From sequence record MZ501051: a stretch of 50,126 nucleotides of DNA; one strand, written 5' to 3'. A program made the translations under genes and the position numbers. Below the pieces are notes generated by a model. That model did no database searches and was not told the origin of the DNA. It saw only the letters and a program-made list of their open reading frames with translations. Positions within the stretch are counted from its first letter, which is position 1; each line of letters starts with the position of its first letter. Shown piece after piece: positions 29,365 through 38,004 of the stretch. This DNA is from Escherichia phage AugustePiccard.

Positions 29365-29366
29365 TA

Positions 29367-29399
29367 ATAAAAAACCCCGCTTCGGCGGGGTTAGTTTTA
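29367..29399. terminator. bidirectional terminator between ssb and the tail fibre gene
   Basis: CCCCGC-TTCG-GCGGGG flanked by A6 and T-rich tract. Confidence 0.7.
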
Positions 29400-29404
29400 G
29401 ATGA

Positions 29405-31924
29405 TTACCCAGTTGCTCCAGTAACTATATTTTTCCATCCAGTCCCTGTCGCAAAAGCAATTAATCCAGTACCCGTACCAAACGATGCATTATTGTTAGT
29501 GCATGATTGATTTCCGGTGCGCTGGAGATTTGCAGCATCTACAGTTAAACCAAATCCATAGGCACGATAGTTGAAGCCACTTTTTGCATTTGATGGGATG
29601 AGCGAGTTACCATAGTTTATTGCACCGTAGATATCAACAATCCCTGCTGCGGTCGTTTCAATTGGATTTCCCGAAGTGGAAATAAGCGTTACGTTACTTG
29701 CCGTTACCATTCCTCCAGAATAAAACAGGGCAAGTTTTCCACTGTTCGCACCTGTAACATTACTCAGTATCACTCTTGGTGATGAGGCGTCTGCATTGGC
29801 AGCGAATTGCCTGAACAGATGGCCGTTAGAATAAACCATATCAGAAATGTTTATATTTTTTAACGTTCCTCCACGAATTTGGCAGAGTGTTGCCTCTGTT
29901 TTATGATCTACCGACCCTTTTATAGTTACGTTGTCAACAACACCTCTCGTAACCAGGCACAATGAACTGTACTGGTCACCACTTAACAAAGTATTTTTTG
30001 ACTTGATATTAACGTTAAGGATTCTTGACTTATCATTTCCAGATCCTTCACCACATGCGAATCCAAACTTAGAATTTCTTGGCGCATCCATGTCTAAGTT
30101 ATAGACTGTGACACCAACAGACCCCCTAACGTCAACAACAGGAGTTGATATATTAGTTAAGTTAGTGGATACGCCTTCCACTACCACTTGATCAGCAAAC
30201 ACCTCGCCCAGGCCACGGTCGTAAATTTCACACAGTGCATGGCCCGCTCCAGGAATAGCGGATATATCATCAAATATTGCATATTTAACCGTTGTTTTTG
30301 TTAGGTTATGATCAGCCCAAATTCTTACCGGAGCATGTTGGCAGGTGCCATGTATTCCCCGTACAGATACATGCTTAAACTCAACACCATCGTTACCTGC
30401 AAGCTTTACAGCACACAGAGTTGTGTCATTAAATAACCCTTCAACATCGATAAATGTGAAATTTCCTCGAGTCCCTAAGTCATATGATGCGTAATCTCCA
30501 CCGGTCATTGCGAATAAGTCGTCTCCGGTATGACCACGTAGATTCCTTACATACGCATGGTAGATGGGTGGTTGCAAGTGAAGACCATCAGAGTGATTGT
30601 CAAACTCAAGACCCTGAGCATCAAGGTAATCAATATTCGCTACAAGATAGGCATACTTGAACGCCCCACCAACTTTAAGTCCACCACCAAGTTTTAGCCT
30701 TTTAACACCAGCTATACAGATGGCATGGGTATTAAGCCCTCCTGGAGCAGTACCGGATTTGTTATAATTTATAATTCCACCACCACGAATTCCAAGATAA
30801 TCAGATTTTTTAGTCAGGTCCGAAGGGTTTGATATGGTATCAAACCAATACTCACTAATAAATAAAGGCATGTTTGTGCCTTCTACGTTTCTAATCTCTG
30901 TTCCTGCGTGAATCAATACATCCATATTGTTTTTTAGCAGTAAAGAACCATTTACCAACACAACTCCTTTGCAGTCAAAAACAAATTGAGAAATGAAAGA
31001 TTGTCCTCCTAGCGACGAAAATACCGAGTTAATCCTTGCAGTATTCTCTTCTGCCGTAGAAGATGGGGATACACCATAATCAGACATAAAATAAGTTTGC
31101 CCAACGCGCACATCCAAAGGCATAGGAACCCCAGGGCCATTTGGATTTGTGTATGTGACTAGTGACGAACCAGATCCAGAAGCTAAGTTAGCTCTTAATG
31201 ATGTATCACTAGCTCTAACCCATGCACCAGGACCAATACCACCAGATGATTCAGGAGTTGATCCAGCTGGAACAACCTTAGGTAACGTTCCTGACCAAAG
31301 GAACTGTACGGCATAACCATCAATGAATTGAATTATCACTTGGTTTTTTGACTGAAGAGTTACTCCATCATCAAAGTTACCAACCAGGGCTCCGGATACT
31401 GATTCAGCGGCACTCTGAGCGACGATTGCAGAATTGCTTGCAGATGACGCGGAACTAGAAGCTGAATCCTTGTCTGCTGATACCTGAGATGCATCAGATG
31501 ATACCTGAGAAGCAATAGTAACAATTTCTCCAAACTGTGTGTTAACTTGGTTTACATCAGTTGAGAATTTATCATGATCAAAATCCTTGAAAACATCAAC
31601 CGCCTCTGCAATCGCAGTTTCACGCGACTGATAGTGACGAAGTGTTTCCGCAACATCTTGAGCTAAACCCTGAACGGTAATTCCATCATGCGCAAGGATT
31701 GCGTAACCAGTACCAGCAGGAACGGTTTCAGAATTAGGGTTGTAAACATTAATCTGCGTATCGCTGATAATTTCTGAGATGGTGTAAATTTTTACTGGTT
31801 CAGTTTTGAAAACAATGGTAGCACCTACGCGAATCAGTGTAAGCGGTGCTTTCCATGTAGTTCCCACGCCGGTCACCTCGCCATTTGCGGATAACGACGC
31901 CGTTCCTAAGTCATAAATTGCCAT
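29405..31924 (-). CDS. tail fibre / tailspike-like protein
   Basis: About 840 aa; Ser-rich linker (SSDASQVSADKDSASSSASSASNS) and long Gly/Asn/Thr-rich body; start taken as MAIYDLGT (ATG 31924). Confidence 0.45.
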   Translation of the reverse strand: MAIYDLGTASLSANGEVTGVGTTWKAPLTLIRVGATIVFKTEPVKIYTISEIISDTQINVYNPNSETVPAGTGYAILAHDGITVQGLAQDVAETLRHYQSRETAIAEAVDVFKDFDHDKFSTDVNQVNTQFGEIVTIASQVSSDASQVSADKDSASSSASSASNSAIVAQSAAESVSGALVGNFDDGVTLQSKNQVIIQFIDGYAVQFLWSGTLPKVVPAGSTPESSGGIGPGAWVRASDTSLRANLASGSGSSLVTYTNPNGPGVPMPLDVRVGQTYFMSDYGVSPSSTAEENTARINSVFSSLGGQSFISQFVFDCKGVVLVNGSLLLKNNMDVLIHAGTEIRNVEGTNMPLFISEYWFDTISNPSDLTKKSDYLGIRGGGIINYNKSGTAPGGLNTHAICIAGVKRLKLGGGLKVGGAFKYAYLVANIDYLDAQGLEFDNHSDGLHLQPPIYHAYVRNLRGHTGDDLFAMTGGDYASYDLGTRGNFTFIDVEGLFNDTTLCAVKLAGNDGVEFKHVSVRGIHGTCQHAPVRIWADHNLTKTTVKYAIFDDISAIPGAGHALCEIYDRGLGEVFADQVVVEGVSTNLTNISTPVVDVRGSVGVTVYNLDMDAPRNSKFGFACGEGSGNDKSRILNVNIKSKNTLLSGDQYSSLCLVTRGVVDNVTIKGSVDHKTEATLCQIRGGTLKNINISDMVYSNGHLFRQFAANADASSPRVILSNVTGANSGKLALFYSGGMVTASNVTLISTSGNPIETTAAGIVDIYGAINYGNSLIPSNAKSGFNYRAYGFGLTVDAANLQRTGNQSCTNNNASFGTGTGLIAFATGTGWKNIVTGATG

Positions 31925-31947
31925 AATTTCAACTCCTATTTTTATTG

Positions 31948-31965
31948 ATAGCACGAATTGCTAAA
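31948..31965. promoter_or_regulatory. palindromic box copy upstream of the tail fibre gene (orientation ambiguous)
   Basis: ATAGCACGAATTGCTAAA only about 25 nt from ATG 31924, with no correctly spaced -10 on the gene side. Confidence 0.35.
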
Positions 31966-31988
31966 GTGGATTGTATCATCTTTAGGGC

Positions 31989-32012
31989 ATAAAAAAACCT
32001 CCCGAAGGAGGT
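31989..32012 (-). terminator. rho-independent terminator (minus strand)
   Basis: CCTCC-TTCG-GGAGG followed by T7 on the minus strand. Confidence 0.7.
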
Positions 32013-32935
32013 TAGTTTAGTAGTTCGCTTGCCTTATAGATTCTCTTTCTTATTCCTGACTTGAAAAAATTATCATCATTTGGCATTACCACATCAATAT
32101 TGCGATCGTCAGCAACGGCGAGTAAATCAAGATCGTGGCGAGTACAAGCGATGCGTAACTTGTATTTTCTAAGCGCGTAAGCAACCATTTCCATGTTGTA
32201 GATGGAGTAGCAAACAAGCACGCAGCGGTTGCCAGTAGCAATGTGAACACGATAGCCGTCAATGAGATTATCGACCAGATAAGCGTAATCATCATCCTTA
32301 AAGGAACCAATAACAGAAACAGATTGGCGAGTATAATCTTTTGCAGCATAACTAACACCTCCATATTCATTGATAAACATTACATTACACATTTCTTCTG
32401 ATATGCCGTCACTATAAGCCATAAAGCACGGCACTGCGTGTATTAGTTCGCCTGATTTTGTTCTGCCAACATCAAAGCCAAACTCGCTATAGATTCCCTC
32501 GTATGTACTGAGCGGAGTTGATTCTACTCTTTCAGTCCTTTCCATTATCTCTAAGCATCTTTCGTGGTCAATCTGAGCGCCCATTTTGTAGATCTGGGTT
32601 CTTGATGCTTGCTTGTTTGCTTTAACTATAACCTCAATTGGTGTTAAGTTCAGCCAGTCACCAAGCAAATTTACTGAATCGGCGAAGGACGATCCAGTGC
32701 ACTTCATGACCCATCCTATACCGGAGTCACTCCCGCATTTCGAACAAACTGCCGCGCCATTTCCTTTTTCACTGCCTATTTCGTCGGTAAATCTGAATCT
32801 GTCAGTGCCAAAGCAGTATGGGCATGGTCCGTGCTTCTTACTTAGGTGTCTATCATTCCAACCAAGTTCCTTTGCATAAAATGATTTCCACAATCCGGCC
32901 ATCTTAGGTATAACTTCATTCTTATCGTAATTCAT
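32012..32935 (-). CDS. DNA primase (zinc-ribbon type, putative)
   Basis: N-terminal zinc-ribbon HGPCPYCFGTDRFRF...CSKCG; position beside helicase and HNH. Confidence 0.5.
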   Translation of the reverse strand: MNYDKNEVIPKMAGLWKSFYAKELGWNDRHLSKKHGPCPYCFGTDRFRFTDEIGSEKGNGAAVCSKCGSDSGIGWVMKCTGSSFADSVNLLGDWLNLTPIEVIVKANKQASRTQIYKMGAQIDHERCLEIMERTERVESTPLSTYEGIYSEFGFDVGRTKSGELIHAVPCFMAYSDGISEEMCNVMFINEYGGVSYAAKDYTRQSVSVIGSFKDDDYAYLVDNLIDGYRVHIATGNRCVLVCYSIYNMEMVAYALRKYKLRIACTRHDLDLLAVADDRNIDVVMPNDDNFFKSGIRKRIYKASELLN

Positions 32936-33411
32936 TTGCTTAACCCGTGATTTTCGTGAAAGTTGTATTTTCTCTCTGCTTCAATTCTTACTTTATACGC
33001 CTGCTCTGGAGTATCGAAGTTCCCAAGGTGTAACTGCTTACCGTCAACCTTGATGTGAGCCTTAAATTTTCCGTGATTTAGCTTTGCCACTCCACAATAA
33101 CCAGTTGTTGATAAAACGCTAAGCCTGCAATTTCTTGAGTTACCTTGATTTGTTGTTACTCTTAGGTTTTCTATTCTGTTATCTAATTTGTTATGGTTTA
33201 TATGATCAATGTAGTCGCCATTTTGAAGTTCTCCATTAAACATCTCCCACACAACTCTATGTACGTAAGTCCTAAAGCCATTAACAGACACTTTGTAATA
33301 GCCAGATGTAGATAGTGAGTTGCACTCATCGCCAACCTTAACACGTCTTGCAGTGCTAATCTTCCAATGCAATTTGCCATCTACATAGTAAAAATAATCA
33401 TGCCAGTTCAT
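32932..33411 (-). CDS. HNH homing endonuclease with AP2-like domain (copy 2)
   Basis: Motif IDHINHNKLDNRIENLR; N-terminus MNWHDYFYY paralogous to copies 1 and 3; stop overlaps primase start (ATGA). Confidence 0.8.
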   Translation of the reverse strand: MNWHDYFYYVDGKLHWKISTARRVKVGDECNSLSTSGYYKVSVNGFRTYVHRVVWEMFNGELQNGDYIDHINHNKLDNRIENLRVTTNQGNSRNCRLSVLSTTGYCGVAKLNHGKFKAHIKVDGKQLHLGNFDTPEQAYKVRIEAERKYNFHENHGLSK

Positions 33412-33424
33412 TTTCTTCTCTCCA

Positions 33425-33457
33425 ATAAAAAAGGATGTACCGATTATGGCACATCCA
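33425..33457 (-). terminator. rho-independent terminator (minus strand)
   Basis: GGATGT...ACATCC hairpin followed by T6 on the minus strand. Confidence 0.55.
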
Positions 33458-33462
33458 ATCCT

Positions 33463-33936
33463 TTAATCTTTAGCTTTTCGTGCTGCTTCGTTAGCTGCCT
33501 TAATCTTGCGCCACGATCGACACTCTGGCTTGGTGGCCAGTTCAGCCTCAGTTACCACACGCAGCATGTGACGTTTTTTGCAGCGTAGAGTTAGTGGTTT
33601 TCCGTTACCGTCGAATTGCAGGTCTGGTCTACAGAATGTGGCGCGAAAACCTTCTCCGGTTCGTTTGTAGTAGTTGTGCGACAGTTGAGCGCCACGTGCA
33701 GAAATCATACCACGCTTAAACCACTCTTCTACAGCCTGCGGCGTTACCTTTAACTGCTTTGCGATATTCGCCTTTGTGCCGAAGAAATCAAGAATCATCT
33801 CTAACCTTGCGCGTAACCCAGCCCTTACCTCATCTTTCAAAACGTAGTAACCTGAAGGTCGCTTTCGCTGCTTTTTATCTTCAGTGCGGATGGTTCCGTT
33901 ATTGCCGTTAATGGTTCGCTTGTCAATTGTACTCAT
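33463..33936 (-). CDS. HTH DNA-binding protein (putative transcriptional regulator)
   Basis: Helix-turn-helix-like segment TKANIAKQLKVTPQAVEEWFKRGMIS; basic protein; first gene of a leftward block. Confidence 0.5.
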   Translation of the reverse strand: MSTIDKRTINGNNGTIRTEDKKQRKRPSGYYVLKDEVRAGLRARLEMILDFFGTKANIAKQLKVTPQAVEEWFKRGMISARGAQLSHNYYKRTGEGFRATFCRPDLQFDGNGKPLTLRCKKRHMLRVVTEAELATKPECRSWRKIKAANEAARKAKD

Positions 33937-34037
33937 TTCATTACCTCGATAGCATTTTTTGTTAAAAGTCATTCTGATTTGATGGTAGTATTGTACTCAA
34001 TTAAACGCTACAAGACAATTTTTATAGGAATTTAGAT

Positions 34038-36032
34038 ATGTTGCCTATCGAGAAACTGGTTGCCAACTTTGATAAAGAAAGAATTAAACAGATTCAGAAA
34101 GACTATCAGTTTGGCGAGATAACCCCTTACGAGTTCCAGTGCGTCACATTTGATGCAATCGGAAAGGCCATTGGAAAGTACGAGGCACCATTTATCGCGG
34201 ACCTTTCCGTGTCTGCTGGTAAGACAATCATTCTGGCTATGATTGGTAAGCGCATGGAGCAGCTTGGGCTTCCTTATATGGTTCTCTCTCGCCAGTCAGA
34301 AATTATCAGTCAGAACTCAGAAGAGCTTCGTAATTTCGGTATCCGTAACAGCGTCTATTGCGCCGGCCTCAACGTTAAATCGGTTTACTACCCAACCATA
34401 GTTGCTAGCGAGGGTACGGCAGCTAACGGCTTGTTTAAGGGTCTTGGTGACTACGTTCCTGCTGTTATAGCTATTGATGAGTGTCATATGGTGGACCATA
34501 TGGATATCGTGGAAGCTGAAGAGAACGAAGAAACATTTGAGCAAATGAGCACAAAGAAAGGCGAGATGGTTTTCAAGGATGGTGTTAACACTGGATTGAT
34601 AGGCACAGGGCGAGCGCAGTACACACTAATTATCACTGAGATGAAACGTCGCTGCCGCGAGAAGTACGGTCGTGAGCTTCGTATATTCGGTCTAACTGGC
34701 AGCCCGTATCGTAACAACGATCATATCGTCGTTAGCAACCCAAACATCCGTGGATTTTGGCGCAAGACGGTTATTCAGGTTCCAACCAATTACCTGGTTG
34801 ATTTAGGTTTCGTTGTTCCCACAGTTTACGGTGAAGTTGGCGATCTGGGATATGACCTTGCGGAGTTTGCGCCGGATGGCAGTGATGGCGTGAAAGACTT
34901 TAGCAAGAAAGAAATGGAAGCGATGCAGGAAAAAATTCATCAAAACCAGTCCATGACTCAAAAGATTATGGGTTTTGTTGTAAAAATACTAGAGACTCGT
35001 AACGCCGCATTGGTAACGTGTGCTGGTAAACTTCACTGCGAAGAAGCTGCTGCAGCGCTACCAGATGGATACCCTTACGCCATCATCACAGACTCTACTG
35101 GTGAGAGGAAGCGCAGAGAGATTCTTGACGATTGCCAGACAGGGAAGTATAAAATAATATTCCAGATTGGTTGTCTAACTACGGGGGTGTCGGTTCCACC
35201 GTGGGATACAAGCGTTATACTTAGAAAGATCGGCAGCCTTACACTACTGATCCAGCTACTTGGTAGGGGTATGCGAATACTCAAGAAGAAACATAAAGAA
35301 CTTGGAATGGTTAAGGACGATCATTTGGTTCTTGATTTCGCTGGTGCGCTTGATGACATGGCGGAGCTTTACTTTGACCCAATTATTGAAGAGATTCAGG
35401 CTGAGAAGTTTAAATCATCAAGAAAAGGTGGCGATGAGGTTCGCCAGTGTCCGCAATGTGGTTATGAGAACTCTCCGTTCGCTCGCAGGTGTGGTAACAA
35501 GATTGATGGAAAGCGTTGTGAGCACTTTTTCAGCTTTACGGTTTGTGAAGATATTACTGACCCGCAAACAAAGGCTGTTATAAAGAAAGGCTGCGGTACT
35601 CGCAATGACATAGCAGCAAAGGTTTGCAGGGAATGCGGAGAGATGCTTAAAGACCCAAATGCTAACCTGACTGGCAAGATGTATCGTCGTGGTGATTACC
35701 TTCGTGTTTATGATTTTCAAGTTGGGTTAAGTAAGAATCAGACAGGCATTGTAGTTAAGTACAACATCATGGCGCATAACGGAGAGAGGTTTAATGCTTG
35801 GGAGTTCTTTAATCCAGAATCAGACCATAGAGTTTGCAGTGTGCTTTGGAAGAACTTCTGCCTTGCTCATATTGAGAATCGAACTGAGGCCGCGCGAATT
35901 GGAAGACTGAAGAATGCCAGAATGATTATGACTAACTTGGATAAGTTCCGTGCGCCAGTTCAGGTTACACACCGAAGGAATGGCAAAGGAAAGGACGTGA
36001 TCGCTTTTAAGAATTTTGGAGAATTGCTATGA
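34038..36032 (+). CDS. SF2 helicase (DEAD/DEAH-box) with C-terminal zinc-ribbon
   Basis: Walker A SVSAGKT, Walker B/DECH AIDECHMV, and Cys clusters CPQCG...C...C / CRECG. Confidence 0.8.
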   Translation: MLPIEKLVANFDKERIKQIQKDYQFGEITPYEFQCVTFDAIGKAIGKYEAPFIADLSVSAGKTIILAMIGKRMEQLGLPYMVLSRQSEIISQNSEELRNFGIRNSVYCAGLNVKSVYYPTIVASEGTAANGLFKGLGDYVPAVIAIDECHMVDHMDIVEAEENEETFEQMSTKKGEMVFKDGVNTGLIGTGRAQYTLIITEMKRRCREKYGRELRIFGLTGSPYRNNDHIVVSNPNIRGFWRKTVIQVPTNYLVDLGFVVPTVYGEVGDLGYDLAEFAPDGSDGVKDFSKKEMEAMQEKIHQNQSMTQKIMGFVVKILETRNAALVTCAGKLHCEEAAAALPDGYPYAIITDSTGERKRREILDDCQTGKYKIIFQIGCLTTGVSVPPWDTSVILRKIGSLTLLIQLLGRGMRILKKKHKELGMVKDDHLVLDFAGALDDMAELYFDPIIEEIQAEKFKSSRKGGDEVRQCPQCGYENSPFARRCGNKIDGKRCEHFFSFTVCEDITDPQTKAVIKKGCGTRNDIAAKVCRECGEMLKDPNANLTGKMYRRGDYLRVYDFQVGLSKNQTGIVVKYNIMAHNGERFNAWEFFNPESDHRVCSVLWKNFCLAHIENRTEAARIGRLKNARMIMTNLDKFRAPVQVTHRRNGKGKDVIAFKNFGELL

Positions 36033-36448
36033 ACATAACAGATAAAGAAGATTACATTGAGTTTTACCCGGGCCCGGTTAAGTATTGCCCTAAAGAGGAT
36101 GACGAGCAAATCTTTTGCTCTGATTGGGTTAAGTATCATTACCCTCAGATTGTTTACTGGCACACGGTTAATGAATCGATGAAGACCATTGGACAGGCAA
36201 GAAAAGACCAGGCCAAAGGTTTGCTTAAGGGGGTTTCGGACTGCTTATTCCTGATACCTGAATCACTTCGTGGTAAATACCCTTTTGGAGCCATAGAGCT
36301 AAAAAGGGCCGGGAAGACGCAGGCGAGTCCAGTCAGCGACGAACAGAAGTCCTTCCTTAAGAGCGTCAGAGAATCGGGCGGCTTCGGGGCTGTAGCTTAC
36401 GGACGTGAGGGTTTTCTTGCGGCATTCAAAGAAATGATTTCAAAATAG
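36029..36448 (+). CDS. VRR-NUC domain nuclease
   Basis: Motif DCLFLIPE...GAIELKRAGK (D..E.K core); overlaps helicase stop (ATGA). Confidence 0.55.
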   Translation: MNITDKEDYIEFYPGPVKYCPKEDDEQIFCSDWVKYHYPQIVYWHTVNESMKTIGQARKDQAKGLLKGVSDCLFLIPESLRGKYPFGAIELKRAGKTQASPVSDEQKSFLKSVRESGGFGAVAYGREGFLAAFKEMISK

Positions 36449-36488
36449 CACGAATTGCTAAAGACGTTTCGGTGAGTTGGTGTATTAT
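36443..36488 (+). promoter_or_regulatory. box promoter
   Basis: AAATAGCACGAATTGCTAAA, 22 nt, TATTAT, leader TTCATCGAAACGAAACG; the TAG is the VRR-NUC stop. Confidence 0.6.
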
Positions 36489-36526
36489 CTATTCATCGAA
36501 ACGAAACGCACAAAGAGAGAAACAAA

Positions 36527-36817
36527 ATGGCTACTATCTATACTGGTAAATTCTACGAATCACGCAAAACTGGTTATGAGTATGAATTAGTAATAACCCC
36601 AGAAGGTTATGTACTTGATGATGGTGAAGGGTACGCATTCGAAGTTAGCCCGACTTACAAAGATGATTTAGAAACTGTTAAAAACGCATTTGGCGAAAAA
36701 TTTGATGTTATTGATGATGGTGATGGCTACGCATTCGAAGTTAGCCCAACCTACAAAGATGATTTAGAAACTGTTAAAAACGCATTTGGCGAAAAAATTG
36801 ATGAGGTATCAGAGTAA
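36527..36817 (+). CDS. hypothetical small acidic protein with internal 32-aa tandem duplication
   Basis: Box promoter and leader; DDG(E/D)GYAFEVSPTYKDDLETVKNAFGEK occurs twice. Confidence 0.6.
   Translation: MATIYTGKFYESRKTGYEYELVITPEGYVLDDGEGYAFEVSPTYKDDLETVKNAFGEKFDVIDDGDGYAFEVSPTYKDDLETVKNAFGEKIDEVSE
36618..36809 (+). repeat. 96-bp tandem duplication (2 copies) inside ORF 36527..36817
   Basis: Two near-identical units starting gatgatggtga(a/t)gg(g/c)tacgcattcgaagttagccc... Confidence 0.75.
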
Positions 36818-37038
36818 TGGCAATTTTTACACTTGAAAAACAATGGGAAGTTTTCCAGTCGATGGTGGATCAGGAGTTGCATAAAGCTGGGTATAAACAT
36901 GAAGGCTGGGATATGGCTTGGTGCCTGGATATGAGCTTTGAAGAAGACTACCTGAATACTGATATCGAAACGTGGCGCGACCGCATGGTTGCAGACATTG
37001 AAGAAATGAAGAAAGATTGCCCGGAGGATTTCTTATGA
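36817..37038 (+). CDS. hypothetical protein
   Basis: 73 aa, overlaps upstream stop (TAATG). Confidence 0.45.
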   Translation: MAIFTLEKQWEVFQSMVDQELHKAGYKHEGWDMAWCLDMSFEEDYLNTDIETWRDRMVADIEEMKKDCPEDFL

Positions 37039-37226
37039 TTGGAATCTGCGTAAAAACAAATGGACGCTTTACACTGCTCGAGGATTACGAAATCAACTTT
37101 GATTCAGGCGGCGCAATAACAGTAAAAGGAGAAGATGAATTACATTGGTTCCTTAGTTATCAAGGTGATGGCTACTACGGTTGCACGGATTGCTACGGAA
37201 AAGAAGTTAGCTTCTTAGTAGAATAG
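37035..37226 (+). CDS. hypothetical protein
   Basis: ATG 37035 with RBS GGAGGA; ATGA overlap with upstream stop. Confidence 0.45.
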   Translation: MIGICVKTNGRFTLLEDYEINFDSGGAITVKGEDELHWFLSYQGDGYYGCTDCYGKEVSFLVE

Positions 37227-37266
37227 CACTTTTTGTTAAAACTCAAATCCAGGGATGGATTATATT
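37222..37266 (+). promoter_or_regulatory. box promoter (variant box)
   Basis: ATAGCACTTTTTGTTAAA, 22 nt, TATATT. Confidence 0.5.
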
Positions 37267-37296
37267 AAGCACATAAACAACGAAGAGGGTTAAGAG

Positions 37297-37422
37297 ATGA
37301 AAATTGTAGACAAAGAGATGTTCGAGATCGCACAAGCATACGCAAATGACGCAGTTAAAACTGGTTCGGAATACTGCTGGATGTGCGCTAAAGAATACCT
37401 GAAAATGGCTTACGGGTTATGA
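37297..37422 (+). CDS. hypothetical small protein (41 aa)
   Basis: Downstream of a box promoter; RBS AAGAGGG; ATGA overlap with next gene; below the ORF-track size cutoff. Confidence 0.35.
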   Translation: MKIVDKEMFEIAQAYANDAVKTGSEYCWMCAKEYLKMAYGL

Positions 37423-37667
37423 TAGTTGAAACCGGTCGCGCCGCAGTTTGGGCGCACTGTGGAGAGGCTGGTTTGCAAGATGACATTAAGCAGATATCCC
37501 GCTTCTTTGACATAAAAGATATCAGTGTCGTGTTCAATGGTAAATTCTCTTACATGGATGAGCGCCCAAGAAAATACGTAAGAGTTAAGCCAGGTGTCAG
37601 GATTGATGTTAATGAGTTCCTTAAATCTGAGGGATTCAAGTTTAAGATAACGAAGCCTAAGGATTGA
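37419..37667 (+). CDS. hypothetical protein
   Basis: 82 aa, translationally coupled. Confidence 0.45.
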   Translation: MIVETGRAAVWAHCGEAGLQDDIKQISRFFDIKDISVVFNGKFSYMDERPRKYVRVKPGVRIDVNEFLKSEGFKFKITKPKD

Positions 37668-37669
37668 GT

Positions 37670-37921
37670 ATGTTGGGTTTAGATTTCCAGCCAGAGCATT
37701 ACGATTTAGTGCACGGGAAAAGTGGTGCAAAGTTTAGGTCGATACCTATCTCTGACTGGTTCCCTCCTGATTATGTGGATGTGAACGCAAAAACTAAAGG
37801 CGGGAAGTGGGTGCAGATTTACTACTCCCCAGCATGCGGAAACCTTTGCATGACTGACCTTGACAAAAAATTAGCAATTAGTGCGGAAGTGATCGACTAC
37901 TGGTTGAAAGAAGTTGAATGA
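37670..37921 (+). CDS. hypothetical protein
   Basis: ATG 37670 with RBS AAGGA. Confidence 0.45.
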   Translation: MLGLDFQPEHYDLVHGKSGAKFRSIPISDWFPPDYVDVNAKTKGGKWVQIYYSPACGNLCMTDLDKKLAISAEVIDYWLKEVE

Positions 37922-38004
37922 CTAGCCTAATACTAGTAGCATCGTTACCACTGTTTAGCTTTACTATCTTATACTTTATCGTAATGAATTAAGGAACTTA
38001 TATA

